In this document: positions 1 to 11,770 of the stretch, one piece after another
Layout: each line of letters starts with the position of its first letter
How positions within the stretch are numbered: position 1 is the stretch's first letter
From: Lama guanicoe
Lineage: Eukaryota
Length of the DNA: 64,000 nt
Reading direction: 5' to 3'
Assembly (NCBI GenBank): GCA_013239625.1
Contig: MU054187.1
Coordinates: forward strand, 11,181,231 to 11,245,230
The notes under the pieces: model-generated
Told to the model about the DNA's origin: nothing
Databases searched by the model: none
What the model saw: only the letters and a program-made list of their open reading frames with translations
Translations under genes and position numbers: made by a program

Positions 1-195
1 CTAGGGGAAAATTGCTGAGATTTATGTCAGAGAATGTTTTGCCTATGTTTTCTTCTAGGAGTTTTATGGTGTCATGTTTTATATTTAAGTCTTTAGGCCA
101 TTTTGAGGTTGGGTTTTTTTGTTTGTTTGTTTTTTGTTTTTTGTTTTTTGGGGTACAGTGTGAGGATATGTTCTAGCTTCATTGATTTACACGCA
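1..195 (-). mobile_element. L1 (LINE-1) ORF2 fragment, running off the window start
   Basis: 'gagaatgttttgcctatgttttcttctaggagttttatggtgtcatgt...tttaagtcttta' is typical antisense L1 ORF2 sequence. Confidence 0.85.
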
Positions 196-602
196 TGAAA
201 TTATCTGTTTAAATTTCCAAAATATACACCTCATAAAATTCAATGAATATTAGCTTACTGGTTTAAAAGAAATCTGAAATACAGTGCATTGAGAGACAGC
301 TTCTATTTTAAAGCCTACACTTTCAGAGCAAACAAAACCAAGACATCAGCTTAAATAATACAGTAGTCTTTGGCTTCCTCTAAGGAATTACCAATGACTA
401 GTAATGCATCATTTGGTTTGATCGTTCTCTGACACACGATTGCAATACTAGGGTTTATGTTAGTTTCATTGTCTTAATATAACACATATAGGAAAACAGA
501 AATTTTATTTGGGTTTAGAACATAGCTAAGGGAAGAATGCCTTTATATTTATTAGCTGCTAATTTTTTCTTTTAGAAAATGAGTCCTAATAGCTTCAGAG
601 AG

Positions 603-720
603 GCTCGGTCCAACAGGGCTTGGGGCAATCGGAGGAACCGTCTGTATCTCTGCTGCCCATCAGAGAGGTTAGTAGCCACATGTGCCTGCTGGGCACTTGA
701 AATGTGGAAGTGAATTTTTA
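603..720. mobile_element. MER3-like hAT-Charlie DNA transposon fragment
   Basis: 'gtccaacag...tagccacatgtgcctgctgggcacttgaaatgtgg' resembles the MER3 core (tagccacatgtggctattgagcacttgaaatgtgg). Confidence 0.7.
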
Positions 721-769
721 AAAGTGGATTTGAATACTTGAAATATCCTTTCATTAAGTGAATTTTCTT

Positions 770-860
770 CCATTAAATAAATATTTGTTGAGTACCTACT
801 GCATATAAAGCTGCATGCAAGGTTGCAAAGATAAATGGAATTTGTTAATAAGAGCTTAAT
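770..860 (-). mobile_element. L2 3' end fragment
   Basis: 'cattaaataaatatttgttgagtacctactg' matches the antisense L2 tail motif. Confidence 0.6.
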
Positions 861-3539
861 GATTTGATCAGACGTTATTAAGTCATATCTAAATACCTAT
901 GTATATAGCTACTCCATGTAGCACTGAGCTGAGAGAAAAGAGCCTACAACTCTCCCCAGGATGATACACTTAGGCTGCGTGGAGGAGGTGGCATGAGAGC
1001 TGGACCCGCACAGAGGAGCAGGAGTTCAGAAGGCACTGATCAGCAAGAGCATGAAGAGAAAAGTTGGACGGGGCGGGGAGGGACCGCGTTCCCCGCGGGA
1101 AAAATGTTCCAGGGGATGCAGTAGAAAGATTATTGAGGGAGACAGTTTGGGTAAGGGAGGGCCTGCATCCGTACCATCAGAACAACCCATGGCCCTGAAC
1201 AAAAAAATACCATCAGTGAGCCCTAACGTTGCTGTTAGAATTGGTTCTGAAGCTTCTCTGCTACCACTCGCATCTGCTTTACCGTCTACAGCGGGAATCC
1301 ATTTACGTTCTTTTATTTGAATCTCTAATTAAGAAATAAGCATAAAACCCAGGTAGAAGATTTTTGAAATACCGTACCTTTCATTGTTTAATATTTGCAC
1401 CTTGTTGAAAAAGAACCAGTTTGTGATGTTTATAATACCCACATAAACAGAGGTCATGATTAGCTTCTAAATCTCTTCCTCCTCGTGTTCCTGTTTTATT
1501 CTGCTACGTGTAAGCCATTTGTTTCTTCACAACTACATCTTAAAGAAAGTACATAAATGGGTGTGTCTACTTAAAAGTAGTTTTGCCAGTAATAATCTTA
1601 CTTGTCGGGTTTCATTTGACATCCTTACGGAGCGCCAAGTCATTTAGAGACTTGTTACTTTAAACCATACGTTGAAAAGAACTGAAGAAGTAGGAGTGAG
1701 GACTTTCCTGAGTCTTTTATATATTAAGGATTAGATTTTTCCCTGGGAAAACTCAAAGACACTGAAACGATCTTGCACAGAAGAATGAAGACATAGAAGT
1801 TCGACAGTGACTCAGAAAGGAAGCAGAGTTAAATCAGATTTTATGAACAATGAGAGAGATCTGCAACAAACTCATGGGTATCACCCTGCTTGTTTTGTCC
1901 TGTTATAGAAAACCCTTCCCTTTTCCTTAATACACCGGAACAATAATAATAGTGTTTAGAAAGTTTTCTTTCTTCCTAAAAATGGAGAGAGAAAACTCGG
2001 AGCTCACATTGAGAGACTTCCAGGCTTACCACTATTCTCTTCAACAAAAAACCATCAATCAGCATATCTGTAACATACATTATTGGGTATAGTCCTGCAC
2101 TGTCTGTGTTATGAAACAGAAAGAATGCAGAAAGTTCTTACTTTCTTTTGGTTTTTCAATATGGGCTGTGAAGTCAGGAAAAGCAATCCAAGCATCTATT
2201 ATGCGAGGCACAATTATCTTTGCCATGTATTAGCTTTGTATTTTTTTCCCCCTTCACTGAAAAAAATAACAAACTCTGCACGCCGGTGGGCGTGCCCACC
2301 ACGCTGGAGTCGGGGCCAGGGGTGCGGCGGGGAGAATGGGCTTTTGTCAGTTACCCTTTGTTTTGTGTTCCTACAGGCTGGTCTTGACTATTATTTCCTG
2401 CTTTACGCCTTATCTGTGGGCGAAATAATCCTCTGGAAAAAATAAAGGGTGGCTTGACCTCTCATTTATCTCTGTCCTGAGTCCACTGTCACTAGACTGA
2501 TGAAAAGTAGGGAGAAGGGTCCATCTGCAGAGCCTGTTAATTTGAAGTTCGCTGTCTGACTCGTTCTGTTTGGGGAGTGTAGACTTTCTTTCTGTTGAGT
2601 GAACAAATTATTTTCTTTCTGTCCGGCTCAGGCTACGGAATGATTAGGGCCCCTGAAGAGTAAATTAGACTCCGATGACTGTGGTAAGAGAGATGTTTGA
2701 AAAGTCAACAGAGTTGTTAAAATAAGACCTTCTTTCAAAACATCATTTTGTGTGCGGGAGCCAACTGCTCATGACAGCGCTGAGAAACAGAAGTGGATTG
2801 ATAAGTCTCCAATCAGATGCAACCAGATGGAGGGGAAAAGCTAGCTGCAATATGGACAAACCAGACAGCGCAGGTCCACAGAGACCATCAAAGCTCGCCT
2901 TTGATTGGAATGCAGAAAGCATACTTTGCCAGCAACTTGAATTTCTTTCTGAAGTCCTCTTTGCTTTTCTCCAGTGACATTTTGTGTGCGGATAATCTAC
3001 ATCACTTCCCAATATTCTCCTTCCCCTTAGACCACAAACCATGAACATTTGGGTGCTCACACAGACAACAGAGGAAATTAAACGTGCAAAGGCATTTGTT
3101 ACCTTAGAATATGTTCATCAGAAGTGTCTTTGGGGGCCGCATTTGGTAACAGTGGAGATTGTGCTGAAATGTTTGAGAGAAGGATCTACAGTTGTGTTGA
3201 TCTTACCTTGAGAGTTTATGGGCATGAGCAGTGAGGAAAAAATATGTGCACAGTCCAAAATGACACCAATAAACTCTAATAATTAAAGTGAGAAAAAAAT
3301 TGAATAACTGAAATGAGAAAAAATGCATATAGAAGGGAAGAAGTCCAAAAAAAAAAAGAAAAGAAAGATATGATGCCAATTTGGGTTAAACATACATATT
3401 TCTGCACAAGGTGACAACAGTAGCTATGTCTGAGTGTCAGGATCGTGGTAGATTTTTAATTTTTATGTATTTATTTTTCAGTTTTACAACACAGTTAACA
3501 ACACAACTGGCGCCAGTTACTTTGTAGATTATGATGGGG

Positions 3540-3640
3540 GGTCAAGTCACCACATACCGTTTCATCTGCAAAATAGGGAAAGAAATATTTCATTGAACTG
3601 TGAAGACTGAGTGAGGTAAAGGGTGTTTGTGAGATAAAAT
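3540..3640 (+). mobile_element. MIR fragment
   Basis: MIR core-like 'gtttcatctgcaaaataggg...tgtgaagactgagtgagg'. Confidence 0.55.
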
Positions 3641-5929
3641 AATTATTCAGCAGTATTCTAGGAAGCTGGGGAAAGCAGATGGAAGAGGGAAAGGGGCCAG
3701 CAAAGGGAGAAGGATAAAATGCCAGAGAAGAGAAGTATACAGCTTGAAATCCACAGAAGTGAGTGGGGGGTGTGGGAAAGTGAGATGGGAGAAGAGCCAG
3801 CGATTTTCCTCCTGGTGATTCTGCTGTGACTCCTGCTGCCACATTCCCTACGAAGCACAGAACCCTCTAACTTCTTATTACAGGGGGCCACTGAGTTCCA
3901 TGACGCCAACAATCACATCTTTCAGCATGCCCTCTGGCCACTGAAGTCCACCCATCCGCTACCCGTCCAATGACAAGCTTATGAAAGTCAGGGAGCACCA
4001 CCCCAACCCTTGCCTTGCCCCTCCCCTGCGTCTCTCGTTCTTTCATCATCTGTACATTTTTACATCTGCGCCTTCAACCTCCAGGTGCATGTCTGTGGAC
4101 TTAGATATGCTGCCCCTCACCTGTCTTCTTGAGTAACGATGCTCCAGTCCTTACTCATGGCATGTCACCCTGGGCAGTGCCATCGCTCACATCCCCTCCA
4201 CCAACCCAGGGCACGACTTGGGCAACACTGGATTAAACAACACTGTAGCACTTGAAACAGATTAAAATTCCGATTTGTCTGTTGCTTTAAAATAGGAAGC
4301 TTGTTCTCTATGTTGCATTTTCCTTTTTTTTGATAGAGTATTTAGATAGAGTTGTTATTAAAAGTCTTAAAGAAGTAGTTTGATAATTACTATTTTTGGT
4401 AGCATATGAAAGAAAAGTAAAATAAGACATGAAAAATAAAATCCATACAAAAACATTTGCTCTATAATTTACTTTCCTTGAATTATTATTAGCTACAATG
4501 TCCCTTACCTGAGTTCTATCATAAGCACATTTATAAATAATAAGAACAGATAATTTTATTATAGTATTCTGAATACATGTTTGTTCATGCCTTCCTCTTC
4601 TTGGAGATATATATTTTTTAACTTTGGTTTCAGTATGCATTTATGACAGTGATTCTATTGCCAAGTACAAGATTTACAGTAACTAAATGTAAAAATATTT
4701 TTAAAGTATATTGGTGATTTTCAAATGTGGAAAGACATTTTTATGTTTACTTGAAGAAAACAAGTTTAGTTTATTTAAACTTTAAAATGAGAATAAAAGC
4801 AAAAATCAGTAGCATTTTATGTCCTTTAAACATAGCTCTATGAGCCTATGTTTCCAGGAAATAATTTTCTCTTTGGTGACCACTGTGAAAGAATAAAAAA
4901 TTCTGTCATAAAAATATTGTACTTTGTGTGTCCTTTGGGCAATTAGTTGAGTCATTGCCTAAAAAAAGAGAAGACCAGAATTCTCTTAAAAGTCCAACAT
5001 TGGCCCACTAAATGTTTATGGCTGGCCATTCTCTTGTGTACTTTTCTTAAGAAAAAGAGAAACTCTGTACCCATCTGATTAATTTCTACTGGATAGAAAC
5101 TGGGCCATTACTGTGTCTTCAAAGTTGGAAAAAAAAAATGCCTCTCTAAAACCATAGTGACATTATACCCAGTTTGAAATATAAAGTTTTATTATAACTC
5201 TGTGGTTTTGTCTCTGTTTTCCAAGTCCTAGTTCTAGATAGTTTGTCCAATCTTCATATCCCAAACAATCAATAAGGCCATTTTCTACAGAAGTGTTTGT
5301 AAGAGTCACCGAATGAATTTCTGTCTTTCTTTTTTCTTTTAATGGTGCATCCATCTTCCCATTTAAACTAATCAAGCCAACATCAAGGAGACGGTATCTT
5401 TCATTGAATTAGGTATAAGATATTATAGGTATAAGACGGCACATATTTGGTTGCCAACAGAGGTAAATATTTTCTTTCTGAAATGTCTTATCAATGTTAA
5501 TTCAGTATTGATTTTCTTTTTATTTAATTTCTGCACTTACTTACAATAGGAGGATATACTTTGCATCTCTGCTGAACCTTGGCTTTATCACATCTGAGAA
5601 AGATTTACCGATCAGCAGTCACCCGAGTGCCTGCTGTGTATTCCGCAGTGTGTGTGTGTGTGTAAGCACCAGTGACGCCTTTGAATATCCCACATGGTCT
5701 CTGAATCCAAGGAAGGTCCAAGCTAACTGGACAAGGCAGAAGTAATAGGCATTACATTAATTACAGGACATTATGGTAAACTCTATGTAACCTCTGGAGG
5801 AAGAACAGTCCATACAACTTGGAGTTGTATTTCTCAAAGTGTGTTCTAGCATGGTCAAGCAAGTTTAGGAAATTCCTTTACTTCGCTTAATATATTAAGA
5901 TGCCTTATGAATCTAAGAAACTGTAATAT

Positions 5930-6234
5930 GGTATTAATCCATCTATTTGAAAACTGTTCATTGGGGGCCCAGCATGTGTCAGGCACTGGGAATTCAGCAG
6001 TTAAGAAAAAGAAGACTGTCTTTCACATGGAGCTTTCACGTGGGGTCGGCAGATGAGTCCTCACCAGGAACACATGGGCAGAGGCCTGAGCAGAGTGAGG
6101 GAGCGGACCGGGTGGTTTTGGTGGGGAAGGGTTTTGAGGCAGAAGAAATAACAAGAGGCCAAGGCAGGAGCACACGTGGCAGGTTTCGGGAGTGACAAGG
6201 AGGTCCGGGGGTAGGACGAAGGTCAGGAGAGGCA
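5930..6234 (-). mobile_element. L2 3' region
   Basis: 'cattgggggcccagcatgtgtcaggcactgggaattcagcagttaag...catggagctttcac' is the antisense L2 tail. Confidence 0.7.
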
Positions 6235-6238
6235 CCGC

Positions 6239-6744
6239 TGTTACCGACTTCAAACTCGTTCTGCTCGCTTCAAGACAGGCCAGTAAATCAGAAGACAAGG
6301 TGCTGGAGTAAGGAATAATGACTTTATTCAGAAAGCCAGCAGACCAAGAAGATGACAGGCTAATGTCCTGGAAAACCATCTTCCACAAGTCAGAATTCAG
6401 GCTCCTTTTATACTGAAAGGGGGAGGAGGTGTGGTTGGTCGTTGCACATTTCTTGACGTCTGAATCCTTTGTTCTTGCAGCTGTCCACACAGGTCAGGTC
6501 ACGGTGTCCCTTTAAGCCTCTAGTAAGACAAATGTTATTTTCTATTCTGCAACTTTTTATCCTTTTGTGAATGGGAACGTGTTATATCCTTAAAGGTCAG
6601 AGCCCTGAGAATGCACCATCCTGCAGATTTTAGGCTGTAGGCAATAATTTTTTATAAACGTTTCAGAGCTAGCATGACTAAGCACAGGGTTAGAGCCAAG
6701 GGAACGGAGCTAACATGGAGTCAGGTCTCTTCCTCCCTGTTACA
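6239..6744 (-). mobile_element. Solo ERV1-class LTR (506 bp), cetartiodactyl type
   Basis: TG...CA ends (tgtta at 6239, tgttaca ending 6744); minus-strand AATAAA (~6323-6328) and TATAAAA (~6406-6412); 4-bp TSD ccgc (6235-6238)/ccac (6745-6748). Confidence 0.85.
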
Positions 6745-7309
6745 CCACTAACCTACCAAAAAGGTGTCAATATTCCACACATACTGGACTTTCCTTGAGA
6801 GACTCTCACAAGGCTAAGGCAAAGCAGAACAATATGTCCGATACAGCCAAGACTATCCAGGAGAGCAAAGACTGGATGTGCTCTAGACATTGGAACATGG
6901 GTTGCAGCTTGTGGTTGACCATGTGGAGAAAGGACATTCCCAGAAGCAGGGACTGTGAACAAAGGCTCACGAAGGAGGCAAAGAAGAGTGGGAGGGAAGA
7001 CCAGAATGCTGGCGTGTGACCCGAGACCAGGTGGTTATTTCGTCTAGTTTATTTATTCAGACTGAATGTCAGGAACACTGAAGGAATTACTTGTACATTT
7101 CAAACTGAAAATATATTTTACCAAATTTAATGTGTGGCTTGAATTGGCCAGAAACTTGTCTCATTTCTCCTCCTGACTTTGAAGGAGTATGTGTCCTTTT
7201 CATTGAGAAGGACGATTTTGAGTCATGATGTCTCTGTCTTGGGAAAGCAATGCCAGGCATTGTTCACAGTGATTTATATGGAATTATTTATTCAACTCAT
7301 TCCACAAAT

Positions 7310-7460
7310 CTCTTTTATTCATTTAATCATTTAGTCAGTGAGTCAGTCAGTTAAGATTTATTAAACACCTACTGTTGAGAAAACACTTTGTCAAGGGCTA
7401 TGTGGGTTACGAAACAGTTGGAGATCCGGCCACTGCCCTCAAAGAGCATAAGATTTTCCA
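7310..7460 (-). mobile_element. L2 3' end
   Basis: tcat/tcag-rich tail then 'atttattaaacacctactg...cactgccctcaaagagc'. Confidence 0.65.
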
Positions 7461-8445
7461 TGGACTATAATAAGACTGACATTTGCTTTTCGGGAAAAAT
7501 CGATGTATCACTACAGAAGCGAGTACCAGGCTGGCTATTATTCTAGAATTCTCAAGGAAATCTGTCCAAATGAAGAATCCAGATTGCCAAGCAACTCATA
7601 ACGCACGTTAAATTAGTGCCCTGGGATGGATGTAAGAGGGACTTGAAGAAACTGAAGACCTAATGTTGAGCTGGGGTTTGTCTGCTAAGGTCTTGGACTA
7701 ACATTTGGTTTGACAAAAAGAAAAAAAGTGGGAATTGTGAGCATATGACTTTGACAAAAGTTGGAAAATAAATTTGTTTATGCACCTGGCAACGTGCACT
7801 TTGCAAATCTGCTGTCAGGTCTCGCTCATTCAGGGAGGCTTGTTTTCAGAAATATAAACTGCTGACATCAAAGCCGCTGATGAGGCACCTTCAATCCATT
7901 CATTCCACATTTTCCACAATTAAAAAACATGGAAACACAAGAAACTCGCTCATGTCACTGTTTGTGTGGGCTGTTCCTCTTTCTTTTTTAAGGTCTTTGT
8001 TCCATTTCCAGACGGTATCTTTTGCTTGCATCGTACTTTTAGAACATTGTCTCTGACATGAACCATCTCCTTCGATTTCCCTTAACATAACATCCTCTGA
8101 AAAGAAAAAAAGAAAAAAAAGATGGAAAGGAGTATATGGATCTTGTCCAAAGGAAAGATTGCAAGCCCGTTCCCATTACCACCATAATCTTTTACATTAA
8201 ATTCACCAAAAAGGAGGACCTGCTGGTAACAAACTGATTCCATATTTTCTCTGCTCTCCTGACATGTCAGAGTTCTGTACTCCGCCAGAGCTGATACATG
8301 GAGGAACATCATAGGATTAGGTTTTTAGGAAGAGAATTTAGTCATATAAAAATTTCCATATAAACTACATCCTTCTATGATTATTATCAATATTGTTCAA
8401 TTAACTTGAAATATTTACTACTAATGGTTTTAAAGATTTGGTTAG

Positions 8446-8772
8446 CAAATGATACAAATTCTATTTACAAGCCAAAAATAGACTTACGGACATAGAAAAC
8501 AAACTATGGTTACCAGAGGGGAAAGGGCAGGGTAGGATAAATTAGGATTTTGGTATTAACAGATACACACTACTATATATAAAATAGATAAACAACAAGG
8601 ACCTACTGTATAGCACAGGGAACTATATTCAATTTCTTATAATAACATACAATGGAAAAGAATCTGAAAAGTATATATATGTGTGTATGTATGTGTGTAA
8701 CTGAATTACTTTGCTGTACACCTGTAACTAACATTGTAAATCAACTACACGTCAATTAAAATAAAATTATAC
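8446..8772 (+). mobile_element. 5'-truncated L1 3' UTR (artiodactyl-type)
   Basis: 'acatagaaaacaaactatggttacc...aacaacaaggacctactgtatagcacagggaactatattca...ctttgctgtacacctg'; TSD aaagatttggttag (8432-8445)/aaatttttggttag (8773-8786) at a tttt/aa endonuclease site. Confidence 0.92.
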
Positions 8773-9269
8773 AAATTTTTGGTTAGTGGTTCACATGTGT
8801 CCTCAACTATTTCGTGATAATTTTGAGGGACTATAGCTACAAACAAAGGCATGGGCGTGGAGGCAGAGAATGAGAGCCCACATCTTTCCAGAGTTGAGCA
8901 CTGTGCTTTGAATACATTAGATGCTCATTTCCCATGTAGGGATTGGTTGCTGATTGCAAAGCCTCCTTAGGATGTGCCTGTGACCTTGGCCAAAAAGGCA
9001 TAATTTCCACAGCTCTGCATTGAATGAAATGATGGCTCTTAGGGAAGTGACTTCACAGCTCTTGCCTTGGTTTGCTCATTTATAAAATAAAAAAAAAAGA
9101 CTAAATTGACATGAATGTCTCTTGTATAATAGTTGAATTTCTATAATTTTATAATAATTCTATAATTCCACAATAGTTCAAAATAAGAACTATTATCACA
9201 CTGATGTGGGTCTCCACTGGCAGAGGGCTGAGCACAATGACTGATTTTTTTTCTACTGAACTAATTGGA

Positions 9270-9530
9270 GCTTTTTTGAAATAATTTTAGGTTTACAAAA
9301 GAATTACAAAGCTAAGATAGAAAGTTCCCATGTACTTCTCATCCAGCCTCCCCTGATGTTAATGTCATGTGTGACCAGGACAGAATGATCAAACTCAAGA
9401 AATTAACATTGGTACAAAAACTGCTAACAAAACTACAGAATTTATTCAGCTTTGGCCCATTTTCCTATTAGTGCCCTTTTTCTGTTCCAGGATCCAATCT
9501 AGGATCGCACATTACATTTGACTGCAATTT
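9270..9530 (-). mobile_element. Old L1 (L1MB/MC/MD-type) 3' end
   Basis: 'tttgaaataattttaggtttacaaaagaatt...aagaaattaacattggtaca...ctttttctgttccaggatccaatctaggatc'. Confidence 0.8.
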
Positions 9531-11329
9531 TCCTTTGGTCCTCTCCCTAATTAGGTCCCCTGGTTGTTTGCAAGGGAGACTTATGGATCATGCTGGTTCT
9601 GAACAATTCCATCGCTGTGCCTGAAGCCCTCATCTGGTTCTTTTCCCCTTAGCAACGCTATTATTTTTACCTTTTATAGTTCTCTGTCTTCTCACAAAAA
9701 GTTAGTCTTGAATCTTATCCCTCTTTCTCAATAATTCAGAAGATGAACCAGAATCTGCAAAGCAGAATTTTTTCTTTTTTTTTTTTCTTTCTTTTCTCCT
9801 TAAAATCATCCCTACCTGGAAAACCATCCACGTGGTATCTCAAGCAGGTCTTTGTTGAGAACCACTTTGAATCTGAACCAGGGCCAGGATGGACTTTTTA
9901 GTAGGTTTAGTAAGTGTAATGAACTGAAGTGGCTCCAGGGAAAGCCACCCTTATCTGCAGGAAACACGGATCTGAGGCACGATATGCTTCTCATTCTTCT
10001 ATTATCAGTAGGAACGTGTTAAGATCTTTGGCTCCTTACCCAACACAGACTCACTTCACAGTGGATTTCTTCACCTTGAACTTTAGCAGGATTATCCTTT
10101 CAGAAGTTGATGTGCACAAAAGTTAGGTCTGGGGACACAGACTGGCACACCAGCCAGCGTTGCCAAACTGCACACCTGACGCTTAGCGGTTGGCTCCTGT
10201 TCTAAGAACTGGCTGCTCTAAGGCCAATAACAATGGTGAGGCACACCTCTGCCCTCCTGTGTCCCAGGTTTTCCTGGCTAACTGCTGAGCAGATGTCTCA
10301 AGTGAGATGCGCAGCCTGGAGAGTAATTGGGAACTGCTGAAAACCAACTCCTCCGGGGGAAATTTTGGAAGACGTGTCTTTCCCTCCCACTGTTTAAGCA
10401 TCGCGGATTGTCAAATTATACATGGCAGATGGATTACAGTTTGTCCTTTTAGTGACAGGAAAAGCTGTTTCTCTGCCCTGGCGAAGGCATCCACTCACAT
10501 CAATATAATTCTATGGCTCCTCAGCTATATTTGGTAAAAAAAAATTTTTTTGGTCTGTTTTAACAAGTGACTATAAAAATTTTTATGATATTATGCCATA
10601 ATTAAATAACTGGCTTTCATTAATATATTGTGCTAGAAATGCTATCGGCAGCCTATAATTACACACAAGGCTTGGCTAGTATTAGCTCAACCGTGTTGTC
10701 TTTGTAGCGTGTAGGAAAATTACAAGATACATGAAATGTGCGTTGTGAGTCATATTGGTGTTAATGGGAAAATGTTCTATTTATTTAAGAGCAAGAAGCA
10801 AATATAGCTTTTTTTTTCCCCCTGCTGGAGCCATTAGAGAGACTCAGTGCCTATTCTTTTCATTTCTCATGCTTCATTTTGTCTCAATTTCTGTGCCTTC
10901 ATGTCTCTCTTGCTCCTTTCCCCTTGCCTTTCATATCTTCTGCATCTTTGTTCTCTCCATAGATGCCATTGATTTCTTCCCCAGCAGTAATTCTTCAGGG
11001 AGCCTTCTGACGTGGCTCCAGTTTGGACAGATAAATGTTAAAAAACGATTGTCATTATATTCTGTCATCTGTTGAATGAATAAATGAAAGAAAATTGTAT
11101 CAAATAGAAAACCATGTTTCGTAATTTTACATGAAGCGCTTAAATGTTCTCATCTCCTGTTTAATTTCTCTTTTATAATCTGTTCTATCCTAAAAAAAAA
11201 CAAAAACAAAAGCAGAAACAAAACTAATTCCAGAGTGAAGAAGAAAGTCTTAAAAATTCAGCTCCTCCTCCCTTTTTGACCCCTGTTTGGTCTCCTACTA
11301 TCCTTCAAGGATTTCCTATTGTATCTCTG

Positions 11330-11770
11330 CTGTTTTCCTCACATGCAAAACATCCAGCCCCAAACGCATCTTTCCCCTTTGTACCCTGATCTATTCATCC
11401 TACCTTCTCTCCTCCGATACGAGTACTGTAGCCATAACCTCAGTTCTCCAGACTCCAAACTTCTGAATAATCTTTTACTCCCCCATCACCTCCATGTCAT
11501 GGGAAAAAGAGGCACTGACTCCTGCCAATCTTCCACTGAGTTATCTCTGGAGCCCCTCTCTTCTTTTCCTTCATTTCTATCATTGCCAAATCCATGCTCA
11601 CCTACAGACCTCTATTCCTTTGCAACAACTGTTTGACTGTTCTAGCTGCTCCTGATCTTTCCTATGCCTCACCCCTCCTTCTGAACCATCATCTTAAATT
11701 CCTGCTTTCATCATGATACTTGCCTGCTCAGAAGCTTTCATTACTCCCCAAACCTCAGTTATCTCCTGCC
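11330..11770 (+). mobile_element. L2 fragment (highly diverged)
   Basis: Pyrimidine-rich L2 3'-region motifs ('cataacctcagttctccagactcc', 'tcctgccaatcttccact', 'cctgctcagaagctttca'). Confidence 0.55.

Noticed and set aside
6023..6490. 155-aa minus-strand ORF
   Set aside because: Spans the LTR/L2 junction; no gag, pol or env similarity
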